In this document: piece after piece, positions 36,463-45,500 of the stretch
Position numbering within the stretch: the first letter of the stretch is position 1
How the letters are laid out: the number at the start of each line of letters is the position of its first letter
DNA from: an uncultured Simplicispira sp.
GTDB lineage: Bacteria > Pseudomonadota > Gammaproteobacteria > Burkholderiales > Burkholderiaceae_C
NCBI GenBank assembly: GCA_964388325.1
Contig: CAYMAC010000005.1
Span: forward strand, 63,905-127,904
Direction of reading: 5' to 3'
DNA: 64,000 nt
Translations under genes and position numbers: made by a program
The notes under the pieces: model-generated
The model's input: only the letters and a program-made list of their open reading frames with translations
Told to the model about the DNA's origin: nothing
The model's database searches: none

Positions 36463-38292
36463 ATGGGCTCCATGCCCAATGCTTTTAACTTTGCCGCTTC
36501 GCCCTTTGATTGTCTCAACCCCGAAGAGCAGGGGCTGGTACGCAAGAGTGTCGATATTGCCTACTTTCCCGAGGGAAAAGTGGTGCTGGATGTGGGTGCC
36601 GTGCCTACGCACCTGTTCATCATCATCAAGGGCTATGTCACACAAACCGAGGGCGAAGAGGTACTAGCCACCTACGGCCCCGACGACACCTTTGACGGTC
36701 GGGGTTTGGTGGCTGGGCGCGTCAGCAGCCGCTTTGTGGCCGCTGAAGAGGTACTGGCCTACCAACTTACCCACGAGGCCGTCAATGAGCTAATTGCACG
36801 CAATGCCACTTTTGGCGCTTTGCTGTTTTCAGACATTGGGCACAAACTTAACACCTTGGCGCAGCGCGGCGATGAGCACGAGTTGCAATCGCTCACGTTG
36901 GCGCGCGTCGATGCTACCTACCTGCGCCCGGCCCATGCAGTAGCTGCCAACACCGACATCATCTCCGTGGTGCGTCTGTTCCAAGAGCAGCGCACCAACA
37001 GCGTACTGGTAACGGGCTTGCCCGGCGGCGAGCTGGGCATTTTTAGCAATACTACCTTGCAGCGTGCCGTGCTAGATGGCCGCCCGCTGCACCAACTGAC
37101 GGTGGGCGAGTTTGCCAGCAGCCCGGTGGTCACGGTGCGTCCCGGCGACCAGTTGGGCGATGCAATGGCCCTGCTATTGCGTAGCCGGGTGCATCGGCTG
37201 GTGGTGGTAGATGAGCAGCAAAAAATCCACGGCATCCTAGAAGCACTGGACATGTTCAGCTTCTTGGCCAACCACTCGCACCTGATTACCGTACAAATTG
37301 AGCAAGCCCCCGACTTGGCCGCACTAGAGCAAGCTGCCGCGCAAATCACCCGCTTGGTTACTTTGCTCTACCGGGGTGGCACGCGCATCCGCCTCATGGC
37401 CACCTTGGTGCAGCAGCTCAATGCGCGTTTGTTTGAGCGTGCTTGGCAGATGCTGGCCCCAGCCGATTTAGTGGCCAACAGTTGCTTGTTTGTCATGGGC
37501 AGCGAGGGCCGGGGCGAGCAACTGCTCAAAACCGACCAAGACAACGGCCTTATTTTGCGCGATGGCTACACACCACCCGAAGACTTAGATGCCATTTGTC
37601 AACGCTTCTCCCAAGCCCTGATTCGTTTTGGTTACCCTGAGTGCCCCGGCTACATCATGGTGAGCAATTCGGCTTGGCGCGATTGCGTCAGTGCGTGGGC
37701 GCAAAAGGTGCGCCAATGGCTGTTATTGCCCGATGTCGATAGCCCCATGCACTTGGCCATTTTTATGGATGCCCATACCGTAGCCGGTGATGCCAGTTTG
37801 CTGGGCCAAGTACGCACCCGGCTGATGGAGCTGGCCACCGACAACGATGCCCTGCTGGGCCGCTTTGCTTCGGTGGTGGAATCGTTTGGCCAACATGCCA
37901 GTTGGTGGTCGCGCTTGTTGGGCAAGCCCCACGACGCACGCGGCCTGAACCTGAAAAAGGAAGGCATCTTCCCCATCGTGCATGGGGTGCGTAGTTTGGC
38001 CTTGGCGCGTCGCTTGGTGCAAACCAGCACCGCAGAGCGCATTAGCGCCTTGGTGGCCGAAGGTGCGCTCAGTGACAACCAAGGCGCCGAACTGACCGAA
38101 AGCCTGTTCTTTTTGATGGGCCTGCGCCTCAAAGCCGGGTTGGCCGAGCTAGACATGGGCCGCGTCGTCAGTGGCGATGTGAATCCCGAGCATTTAAGCA
38201 GCCTAGAGCGCGATTTGCTCAAAGATACCCTGGCCGTGGTCAAGCGCTTTAAGGCGCTGCTGCACCAGCGTTTTCATTTGGATGCGCTATGA
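36463..38292 (+). CDS. Signal-transduction protein: cyclic-nucleotide-binding domain + CBS pair + DUF294 nucleotidyltransferase + DUF294_C
   Basis: cNMP-binding-like beta-roll 'YFPEGKVVLDVGAVPTHLFIIIKGYV'; a CBS region; the polymerase-beta-type NTase motif 'MGSEGRGEQLLKTDQDNGLIL'; a helical C-terminal domain. Confidence 0.8.
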   Translation: MGSMPNAFNFAASPFDCLNPEEQGLVRKSVDIAYFPEGKVVLDVGAVPTHLFIIIKGYVTQTEGEEVLATYGPDDTFDGRGLVAGRVSSRFVAAEEVLAYQLTHEAVNELIARNATFGALLFSDIGHKLNTLAQRGDEHELQSLTLARVDATYLRPAHAVAANTDIISVVRLFQEQRTNSVLVTGLPGGELGIFSNTTLQRAVLDGRPLHQLTVGEFASSPVVTVRPGDQLGDAMALLLRSRVHRLVVVDEQQKIHGILEALDMFSFLANHSHLITVQIEQAPDLAALEQAAAQITRLVTLLYRGGTRIRLMATLVQQLNARLFERAWQMLAPADLVANSCLFVMGSEGRGEQLLKTDQDNGLILRDGYTPPEDLDAICQRFSQALIRFGYPECPGYIMVSNSAWRDCVSAWAQKVRQWLLLPDVDSPMHLAIFMDAHTVAGDASLLGQVRTRLMELATDNDALLGRFASVVESFGQHASWWSRLLGKPHDARGLNLKKEGIFPIVHGVRSLALARRLVQTSTAERISALVAEGALSDNQGAELTESLFFLMGLRLKAGLAELDMGRVVSGDVNPEHLSSLERDLLKDTLAVVKRFKALLHQRFHLDAL

Positions 38293-38945
38293 GCCAAACC
38301 TTTGCGCCGCGCCGCTGGTTACAACAATGGCAGCGCCAATGGCAGCTGCGCCAACTTAGCAACCCAGAGTACCGTTTTTTGTGGGAGCCAGCCCCGCCCG
38401 ATGAATGGGTGTCCTTAGACTGCGAAACCACCGGCCTGAATGTACGTAGCGATGAAATTATCTCCATCGGTGCGGTGCGTATTGTGGGCCAGCGCATCCT
38501 CACCAGCCAGCGTCTAGAGCTGCTGGTGCGCCCCGACAAGGGGGTGTCTGCCGAGAGCGTTCGCATCCACCGCCTGCGCGAGCAAGACGTAGCCCAAGGG
38601 CTGCCTTTGGCGGAGGCCATGCACATGCTGCTGCACTTTATTGGCAGCCGCCCACTGGTAGGTTATTTTTTAGAGTTTGATGTAGCCATGCTCAACCGCG
38701 CGGTGCGCCCGTTGTTGGGTACCGGTTTGCCACAGCCGCAAATAGAGGTCTCGGCGCTGTATTACGACTACAAATTTAGGCAATTACCAGCCTACCAGCA
38801 GCAAGAAAACGCCGATATTGATTTGCGCTTTGACACTCTCATGACCGATTTGAAGTTGCCCCGGCGTGATGCCCATGATGCCCTCAATGATGCAGTCATG
38901 GCGGCGCTGGCGTTTATCAAGCTGCGCCAGCTGGCCCCAGCCTAG
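38289..38945 (+). CDS. DEDDh 3'-5' exonuclease (DnaQ/epsilon-like)
   Basis: Exo I 'SLDCETTGL' and Exo III 'HDALNDAVMAA'. The ATG overlaps the upstream stop (ATGA). Confidence 0.8.
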   Translation: MSQTFAPRRWLQQWQRQWQLRQLSNPEYRFLWEPAPPDEWVSLDCETTGLNVRSDEIISIGAVRIVGQRILTSQRLELLVRPDKGVSAESVRIHRLREQDVAQGLPLAEAMHMLLHFIGSRPLVGYFLEFDVAMLNRAVRPLLGTGLPQPQIEVSALYYDYKFRQLPAYQQQENADIDLRFDTLMTDLKLPRRDAHDALNDAVMAALAFIKLRQLAPA

Positions 38946-40096
38946 CGCCTGCTCTTGCGCCACTGCTGCATCGCCGCCTTGCCCGCTGGCGTGAGCAGCG
39001 CTTGCAGTTGTCTCCAGCCTAGGCGAATACTGTCATTGCAGGCGCGCATGGCGTGGCTGTGCAGGGTTTCAAATACCAAGCCTTGCGGGCTAGGATAGGG
39101 CTGGGCAATCTCCATGTATTCAGTGTCTTCGGCGCAATCATCGCCGGGGGTATTGCGCGGGTCGTGTTTTTCTAGCAGTGCGCGCAAAGGGGTACGTACT
39201 GCTTCGCCTGACGGATTGTGCTGGGGTGCAGCAGACTTTGCACCGCCTTGCAGCCACTCCCACACCGCCACCGGGGTGCCAGTTTGCAAATTCCACGTCA
39301 GGTAAGACACCGAAGAAAAACCGTGTGCGCCGCCACAATACAGCTCTGGAGTTATATCGCGTAGCACCAACATGGTGTCGCTCCACAGCACGGGTTCTAG
39401 CGCACTCTCCCAAGTGCTGCCACCCATGCGCGTGCATTCGTAATCTTGCACCGCTTGCTCGCCTAACCATTGGCGCGCATAGCTATTAAAGGCCGCAATT
39501 CCTGCACTTTGGCCGTGCAAAGCCAAAGAGCGGGCAATGGGGGTGAATAATTCTTGGTAAGTGTGCCCTTGGTGTTGCCGGGGGCGTGATTGCACAGCAT
39601 GGGCCGCTTGAATGGGGGCATAAAAATCGGCAGCGCAGGCTCCATCGTCTGCATCCACTGCTGCTGGCGTTGAGATACGACTTAACTGCACCGGCCATTT
39701 TTCGGCTCCGTTGAGGGCCTGCCAAGTGCCTTGCAAGCTCCCTTCGGCTTGAGGAGCCAGCTGCCAATGGGCCAGTGGGCGCAGTTCTACGCTGCCTGCA
39801 TTGCGTACCTGTTCGGTCAGGTTGAAGTGTCCGGTACGTAAGGCCAAGGCCAAAGCCTCGTCACTGTTGTGGTGGGGGGCGTTGGCCTCTAGCCATAAAC
39901 CCCGGCGCTGCGCCAGGTGGTAATACTGCGCGCCTTGTACAGACAGGCACACCATTACCGCATGGGGGCCAATGCTGCCCTTCCAAGTGCCGGCATACAA
40001 CAGGGCCGCAGGCGTGGTTCCGGCGTGGCTGGCAGTAGTAGCAGCGGCCAGCCACGTAGCAGCACACAGCAAAATGGCAGGAATACGCACAAGCAT
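38942..40096 (-). CDS. Secreted protein of unknown function, DUF3298-like C-terminal half
   Basis: Signal peptide 'MLVRIPAILLCAATWLAAATTASHA' at ATG 40096. 'LYCGGAHGFSSVSY' resembles the DUF3298 GGAH motif. The track ORF extends to 40381 but would overlap actP. Confidence 0.55.
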   Translation of the reverse strand: MLVRIPAILLCAATWLAAATTASHAGTTPAALLYAGTWKGSIGPHAVMVCLSVQGAQYYHLAQRRGLWLEANAPHHNSDEALALALRTGHFNLTEQVRNAGSVELRPLAHWQLAPQAEGSLQGTWQALNGAEKWPVQLSRISTPAAVDADDGACAADFYAPIQAAHAVQSRPRQHQGHTYQELFTPIARSLALHGQSAGIAAFNSYARQWLGEQAVQDYECTRMGGSTWESALEPVLWSDTMLVLRDITPELYCGGAHGFSSVSYLTWNLQTGTPVAVWEWLQGGAKSAAPQHNPSGEAVRTPLRALLEKHDPRNTPGDDCAEDTEYMEIAQPYPSPQGLVFETLHSHAMRACNDSIRLGWRQLQALLTPAGKAAMQQWRKSRR

Positions 40097-40171
40097 TATC
40101 ACAATCCAATCTTTTGTTGAACAAGGGCAGACAAGGCTGCAAAACTGTGCAGTGTGCCGCGCAGGTAGGCG

Positions 40172-40198
40172 AAAAAAAACCGAGCCATGAAGGCCCGG
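40172..40198 (-). terminator. Rho-independent terminator after actP (the hairpin is flanked by A8 and T5, so it is potentially bidirectional)
   Basis: Stem CCGAGCC (40180-40186) pairs with GGCCCGG (40192-40198) with one mismatch and a 5-nt loop. On the minus strand it is followed by T8 (40172-40179). Confidence 0.7.
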
Positions 40199-40253
40199 TT
40201 TTTGCAAACAGCAGGCACCACCGCAGAACGGATGGTGCCCAAAGCAGGCCGAT

Positions 40254-41981
40254 TTAGTGGCCCGACGCTCCAGAAGCACCCAGACCAGTTTCCGAACGCA
40301 CGCGCTGTGCAGGATATTCGGCACGTTCGCGGGCAGCGTTGGCGCTCTTGTCGGTGATAGAGAAGAACCAGACACCCACAAAGCCGATGGTCATGGAGAA
40401 CAGCGCTGGCGAGCTGTAGGGGAACCAAGCCGAACCGGCAGGATTACCCAGCGTGGCTTCCCACACCGAGGGCGACACGATGGTCAGGCCAACCGAAGAA
40501 ATCAGACCCAAGAAACCACCAATCACGGCACCACGGGTGGTACAGTCTTTCCACAATACAGCCATAAACAGCACGGGGAAGTTGGCCGAGGCAGCAATCG
40601 CGAAAGCCAGCGACACCATGAAGGCGATGTTTTGCTTTTCAAAGGCAATACCCAACACCACAGCCACCACACCCAAAGTCAGGGTAGTGATACGCGACAC
40701 TTTCAGCTCAGCAGCGCTGTCGGCATTGCCCTTTTTGATGACGGTAGCGTACAGGTCGTGCGATACAGCAGAAGCGCCAGACAAGGTCAAACCAGCCACC
40801 ACAGCCAGAATGGTAGCGAAGGCCACGGCAGAGATAAAGCCGTAGAACACGTTACCACCGACCGACTTGGCTACCAGCACCGCAGCCATGTTGGCCGTAC
40901 CAGCACCGCCGTGGATGATGCCCTTGGCGGTATCAGCGTACTCGGGGTTGGTCAGCACCAAAGTGATGGCACCAAAACCGATGATGAAAATCAGGATGTA
41001 GAAGTAGCCAATCCAGGTGGTGGCCCACAGCACGGATTTACGGGCTTCTTTGGCATCAGGTACGGTAAAGAAGCGCATCAGGATGTGGGGCAGACCAGCA
41101 GTACCGAACATCAGGGCCATACCGAAGGAGATGGCAGAGATGGGGTCTTTGATGAAGCCACCGGGGCCCATGATGGCCAAACCAGCAGCAGCAGCTTCTT
41201 CAGGCGATTTGCCAGAGTTGGCAGCAATGCCAGCGCGCACTTCAACGCCCTTGGCAAACAGCGCTTCGGGGCTAAAGCCAAACTGTGCCAGCACCATGAT
41301 GGCCATAAAGGTAACACCCGAGAGCAGCAGCACGGCCTTGATAATTTGCACCCAAGTGGTAGCCGTCATACCGCCAAACAGCACATAGACCATCATCAGC
41401 ACACCAACGATGACCACAGCCATCCAGTATTCCAGACCAAACAGCAGCTTAATCAGCTGACCTGCACCCACCATTTGGGCGATGAGGTAGAAGGCCACCA
41501 CCACCAGCGTGCCAGAGGCAGCAAAAGCGCGGATAGGAGTTTGTTGGAAGCGATAACCGGCCACGTCGGCAAAAGTGAACTTGCCCAAGTTACGCAGGCG
41601 CTCGGCCATCAAGAAGGTGATGATGGGCCAGCCCACCAAAAAGCCCAGCGAGTAAATCAGGCCGTCAAAACCGGAGGCCATTACCGCAGCTGAAATACCC
41701 AAGAACGAAGCGGCCGACATATAGTCACCCGCAATAGCCAAACCGTTTTGAAAGCCAGTAATGCCACCGCCGCCGGTGTAGAAGTCAGCGGCTGATTTGG
41801 TCTTGGAAGCAGCCCACTTGGTGATGTACAGCGTGCCAGCCACAAACGCGCCGAACATGACGATGGCCGTCCAGTTGGTGGCCTGTTTGGCCGCTTGGCC
41901 TACGTCGCCCCCGGCGGCGTAAGCGCCCCCGGCAGCCAGCAGCGCCAGCAGGGCGCCCAAAAATTGCACACGAGACTTCAT
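40254..41981 (-). CDS. actP: Cation/acetate symporter ActP (SSS family)
   Basis: An SSS-family permease of about 575 aa and roughly 14 TM helices, immediately downstream of and overlapping (ATGA) a DUF485 gene. This is the canonical yjcH-actP pair. Confidence 0.9.
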   Translation of the reverse strand: MKSRVQFLGALLALLAAGGAYAAGGDVGQAAKQATNWTAIVMFGAFVAGTLYITKWAASKTKSAADFYTGGGGITGFQNGLAIAGDYMSAASFLGISAAVMASGFDGLIYSLGFLVGWPIITFLMAERLRNLGKFTFADVAGYRFQQTPIRAFAASGTLVVVAFYLIAQMVGAGQLIKLLFGLEYWMAVVIVGVLMMVYVLFGGMTATTWVQIIKAVLLLSGVTFMAIMVLAQFGFSPEALFAKGVEVRAGIAANSGKSPEEAAAAGLAIMGPGGFIKDPISAISFGMALMFGTAGLPHILMRFFTVPDAKEARKSVLWATTWIGYFYILIFIIGFGAITLVLTNPEYADTAKGIIHGGAGTANMAAVLVAKSVGGNVFYGFISAVAFATILAVVAGLTLSGASAVSHDLYATVIKKGNADSAAELKVSRITTLTLGVVAVVLGIAFEKQNIAFMVSLAFAIAASANFPVLFMAVLWKDCTTRGAVIGGFLGLISSVGLTIVSPSVWEATLGNPAGSAWFPYSSPALFSMTIGFVGVWFFSITDKSANAARERAEYPAQRVRSETGLGASGASGH

Positions 41982-42286
41982 TTGGACGCATCCTTCAGGA
42001 TTTCTTGGGTCAGGCGGTCAAACTCGCCGTTGGCGCGATTGACATAGTAACCAGTGATGGCAATGGTGAAAATAATCACACCCATGCCGATGGGGATACC
42101 AATCGACGTGACACCAGCGCCGATGGGCTGTGCCAAAAAGGGCTTATTAAAAGCCACCAAAGCGATGAAGCCGTAATAGACGATCATCATCAAAATGGTC
42201 AGGGTAACACCTAGACCGTTGCGCTTGGATTGCAACTCTAAGTATTTGGGATGGCGCTGTATCTTATCTACCACCGAATCGCTCAT
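41978..42286 (-). CDS. yjcH: DUF485 inner-membrane protein YjcH
   Basis: 102 aa with two TM helices; '[12 protein letters not shown]' is typical of DUF485. GGAGA SD. Confidence 0.85.
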   Translation of the reverse strand: MSDSVVDKIQRHPKYLELQSKRNGLGVTLTILMMIVYYGFIALVAFNKPFLAQPIGAGVTSIGIPIGMGVIIFTIAITGYYVNRANGEFDRLTQEILKDASK

Positions 42287-42554
42287 GGCGTCGTCTCCTC
42301 AGGAATGGATGAAAGGCAAAGCCGCAAAAAACACCGGCTTTACGAGGCTGGCCCATTCTGCAAACGCCGTCTGACCAACTCCTTACGAAAATCACCCAAA
42401 ACTGTCATTTAAGTATTTGATTTACTTGGGGGAAACCCGTTAGTAATTACCCTAGGTTTTGCCCTGCCAAGAGTGAGGCAGCTGTCGTTTTTTCTAACTT
42501 CAGGCACCATCAAGCTGTTTTTGCCTGCTTTTGGTTTGCTAAAGAAAGTGTTTC

Positions 42555-45500
42555 ATGCAAGACGGTCTAATCCGCATTCGGGGTGCACGCCAGCACAATC
42601 TGCAAAATTTGGACTTGGATATTCGCACCGGTGAGTTGACCGTAGTCACTGGCCCCAGCGGCTCGGGCAAGTCCAGTTTGGTGTTCGATACCCTCTATGC
42701 CGAGGGCCAACGCCGCTATGTCGAAACTTTTAGCGCCTATGCGCGCCAGTTTTTGGAGCGCATGGATAAGCCTGCGGTGGACTCCATCGAGGGCGTGCCT
42801 CCGGCCATTGCTATCGACCAGACCAACCCGGTACGCAGTTCGCGCTCTACCGTGGGCACGATGACCGAGCTGAACGACCACCTCAAACTGCTGTTGGCGC
42901 GCGCTGGTCAATTGTTTGACCGTCAAACGGCGCAGCCAGTGCGCCACGATAGCCCCGAGAGCATCTATGCCCAATTGCAGCACCGTTGTACGGCCACTGA
43001 CCCGCGTTTGGTACTCACCTTTGCGGTAGAACTGCCGCTAGACACCAGCGCCGAGCAGGTGCAGCAGTGGTTGCTGGCCAGCGGCTTTACCAAGGTACAG
43101 GCACAGCGCAGTGTCGAAACCCCCAACGGGCCACGCCAAGTGCTGGATGTAGTGGCAGACCGGTTTCGTATCGGCAAGGTAGAAAAAGCGCGCGCCATCG
43201 AAGCGATTGAACTGGCCTTGCAACGCGGCGGCGGGCGCTTGCAGGTGGCGGTGCTGCACGAAGGACAAGGACAAGAGCAAGCCGAAACATGGCGTTTTTC
43301 TACTGGCCTGCATTGCCCCGACAGTGACTTGCGCTACAGCGAGCCGCTGCCCTCGGCGTTCTCGTTCAATTCGGCGGTGGGGGCCTGTGAACCCTGTCGG
43401 GGTTTTGGCCGGGTGATTGGTGTCGATTGGGGGCTGGTGATTCCCGATGGCAAGCGCACTCTGCGCGAAGGCTGCATCAAAGTTATTCAAACACCTGCGT
43501 GGAAAGAAGCCCAAGACGACCTGATGCGCCATGCCGAAGCCGAAGGCATCCCGCGCGATACGCCTTGGAATCTGCTCACGCCAGAACAACAGCATTGGGT
43601 GTTGCAAGGCTCGCCGCGCTGGAACGGCAAATGGCAGCAACAGTGGTACGGCATTCAGCGCTTCTTTGTCTATCTGGAGAGCAAAGCCTACAAAATGCAC
43701 ATCCGGGTGCTGCTGTCCAAATACCGCAGCTACACCGAATGCCCGCACTGCGCCGGTGCGCGCCTCAAAACCGAGAGCCTGCTCTGGCGCATTGGCAGCC
43801 AAGAAGATGCCGATGCCGTGCTGCCACCAGCACAGCGCTTTATGCCGGTGGGCGTGGCGTGGAGCCGTGCCCAACTCGAAGCATTGCCGGGGCTGTGCCT
43901 GCATGACTTGATGCGGTTGCCCATTGCGCGCTTGCGGCAATTTTTTGAGCGTTTAGATACCACCGGCCAAGGCGGTGAGGCCCAAGCCCTGCGCTTGCTA
44001 CACACGGAAATCAGCACCCGGCTGAAGTACCTGTGCGATGTGGGTATTGGCTACCTGACGCTAGACCGGCAAAGCCGTACTTTAAGCGGCGGCGAGGTGC
44101 AGCGCATCAACCTGACCACGGCGCTGGGCACCTCGCTGGTCAATACCCTGTTTGTGCTGGATGAGCCTAGCATTGGCCTGCATCCGCGTGATATGCACCG
44201 CATCACCGAAGCCATGCTGCGCCTGCGCGATGCGGGCAATACGCTGGTGGTGGTAGAGCACGACCCGGCGGTGATGCTGGCCGCCGACCGCATCATTGAC
44301 ATGGGGCCAGGCCCCGGCGAGCGCGGCGGCCAAATCGTGTTTGATGGTAGCACCGATGCCTTGCGCCATGCCGACACCCTGACCGGCCAGTATTTGGGCG
44401 GGCGCAAGCACATTGGTATGGGTTTTGTGCGCCCAGTGAACGATGCTACGCCGCGCCTGCTGCTAGAAGGCGTGCGCGCCCACAATCTGCAAAACCTCAC
44501 GGTGGGTTTTCCGCTGCAACGCTTGGTGACCATCACCGGGGTGAGCGGCTCCGGCAAATCGACGCTGATTCAAAATGTGCTGGCCCCAGCCTTGCTGCGC
44601 CACTTTGGCCTTGCCACTGAGGCCCCCGGTACCCACGACCGGCTCTTGGGCGCAGAGCACCTCAGTAGCGTGGTGTTTGTAGACCAATCGCCGATGGGCA
44701 AAACGGCGCGCTCCAATCCGGTCAGTTATGTCGGGGCTTGGGATGCAGTGCGCGAATTGTTCGCCACCACGCCGGTGTCGCGCCAGCGCGGTTATACCGC
44801 TGCCAAGTTCAGTTTTAACAGTGGGGATGGGCGCTGCCCTACCTGTGGCGGCTCGGGCTTTGAGCATGTAGAGATGCAGTTTCTCAGCGATGTCTATTTG
44901 CGCTGCCCCGATTGCCACGGCCAGCGCTATCGCCCCGAAATTTTGGAAGTCACGCTAGAGCGCACCCGCCCCATGCCATCAGGGTCTGCCCCCGATGCTT
45001 TGGAAACCGTGGTGATGAACGTGGCCGATGTGCTGGCGCTGACGGTCAGCGAGGCCGCCGTGCTGTTTGCCCAAGACCATGCCGTGATGGCGGGGCTGCG
45101 CCCGCTGTTGGATGTCGGGCTGGAATACATCCGCTTGGGCCAGCCGGTGCCCACCTTGTCGGGCGGTGAGGCGCAGCGGCTCAAACTGGCAGGCCATCTG
45201 GCCGAAGCCGGGCGCACGGCCAGCAAATCACGCCAGCCGCTGGCACGCAAAGGCACGCTGTTTTTATTGGATGAACCCACCACCGGCCTGCATTTTGACG
45301 ACATCGCCAAGCTGATGCGGGCGCTGCGCCAGTTGGTGGATGTGGGGCATTCGTTGGTGGTGATTGAACACAATTTGGACGTGATCCGCGCCAGCGATTG
45401 GCTGATTGACCTTGGCCCAGAAGGCGGTGATGGTGGCGGCCAGATTGTGGCCGAAGGCACCCCGCACGAGCTGCGCCAGCACCCCACCTCCCACACCGGT

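Noticed and set aside
40097-40381. N-terminal 95 codons of track ORF 38942..40381
   Set aside because: This stretch would overlap the 3' end of actP and run through the actP terminator hairpin. A canonical signal peptide begins at the internal ATG 40096, so the gene was shortened.
40257-41693. 478-aa ORF antisense to actP
   Set aside because: His/Gly/Gln-rich nonsense composition, fully nested in the well-supported actP gene. It is a GC-bias artefact.
42287-42554. SOS (LexA) box or sigma54 promoter upstream of the double-uvrA gene
   Set aside because: There is no CTGT-N8-ACAG. The closest candidate (CTGTcatttaagTATT, ~42403-42418) lacks the ACAG half. AGGCACcatcaaGC (~42512-42525) has the GG-to-GC spacing one nt too short for sigma54 and lacks the leading T.
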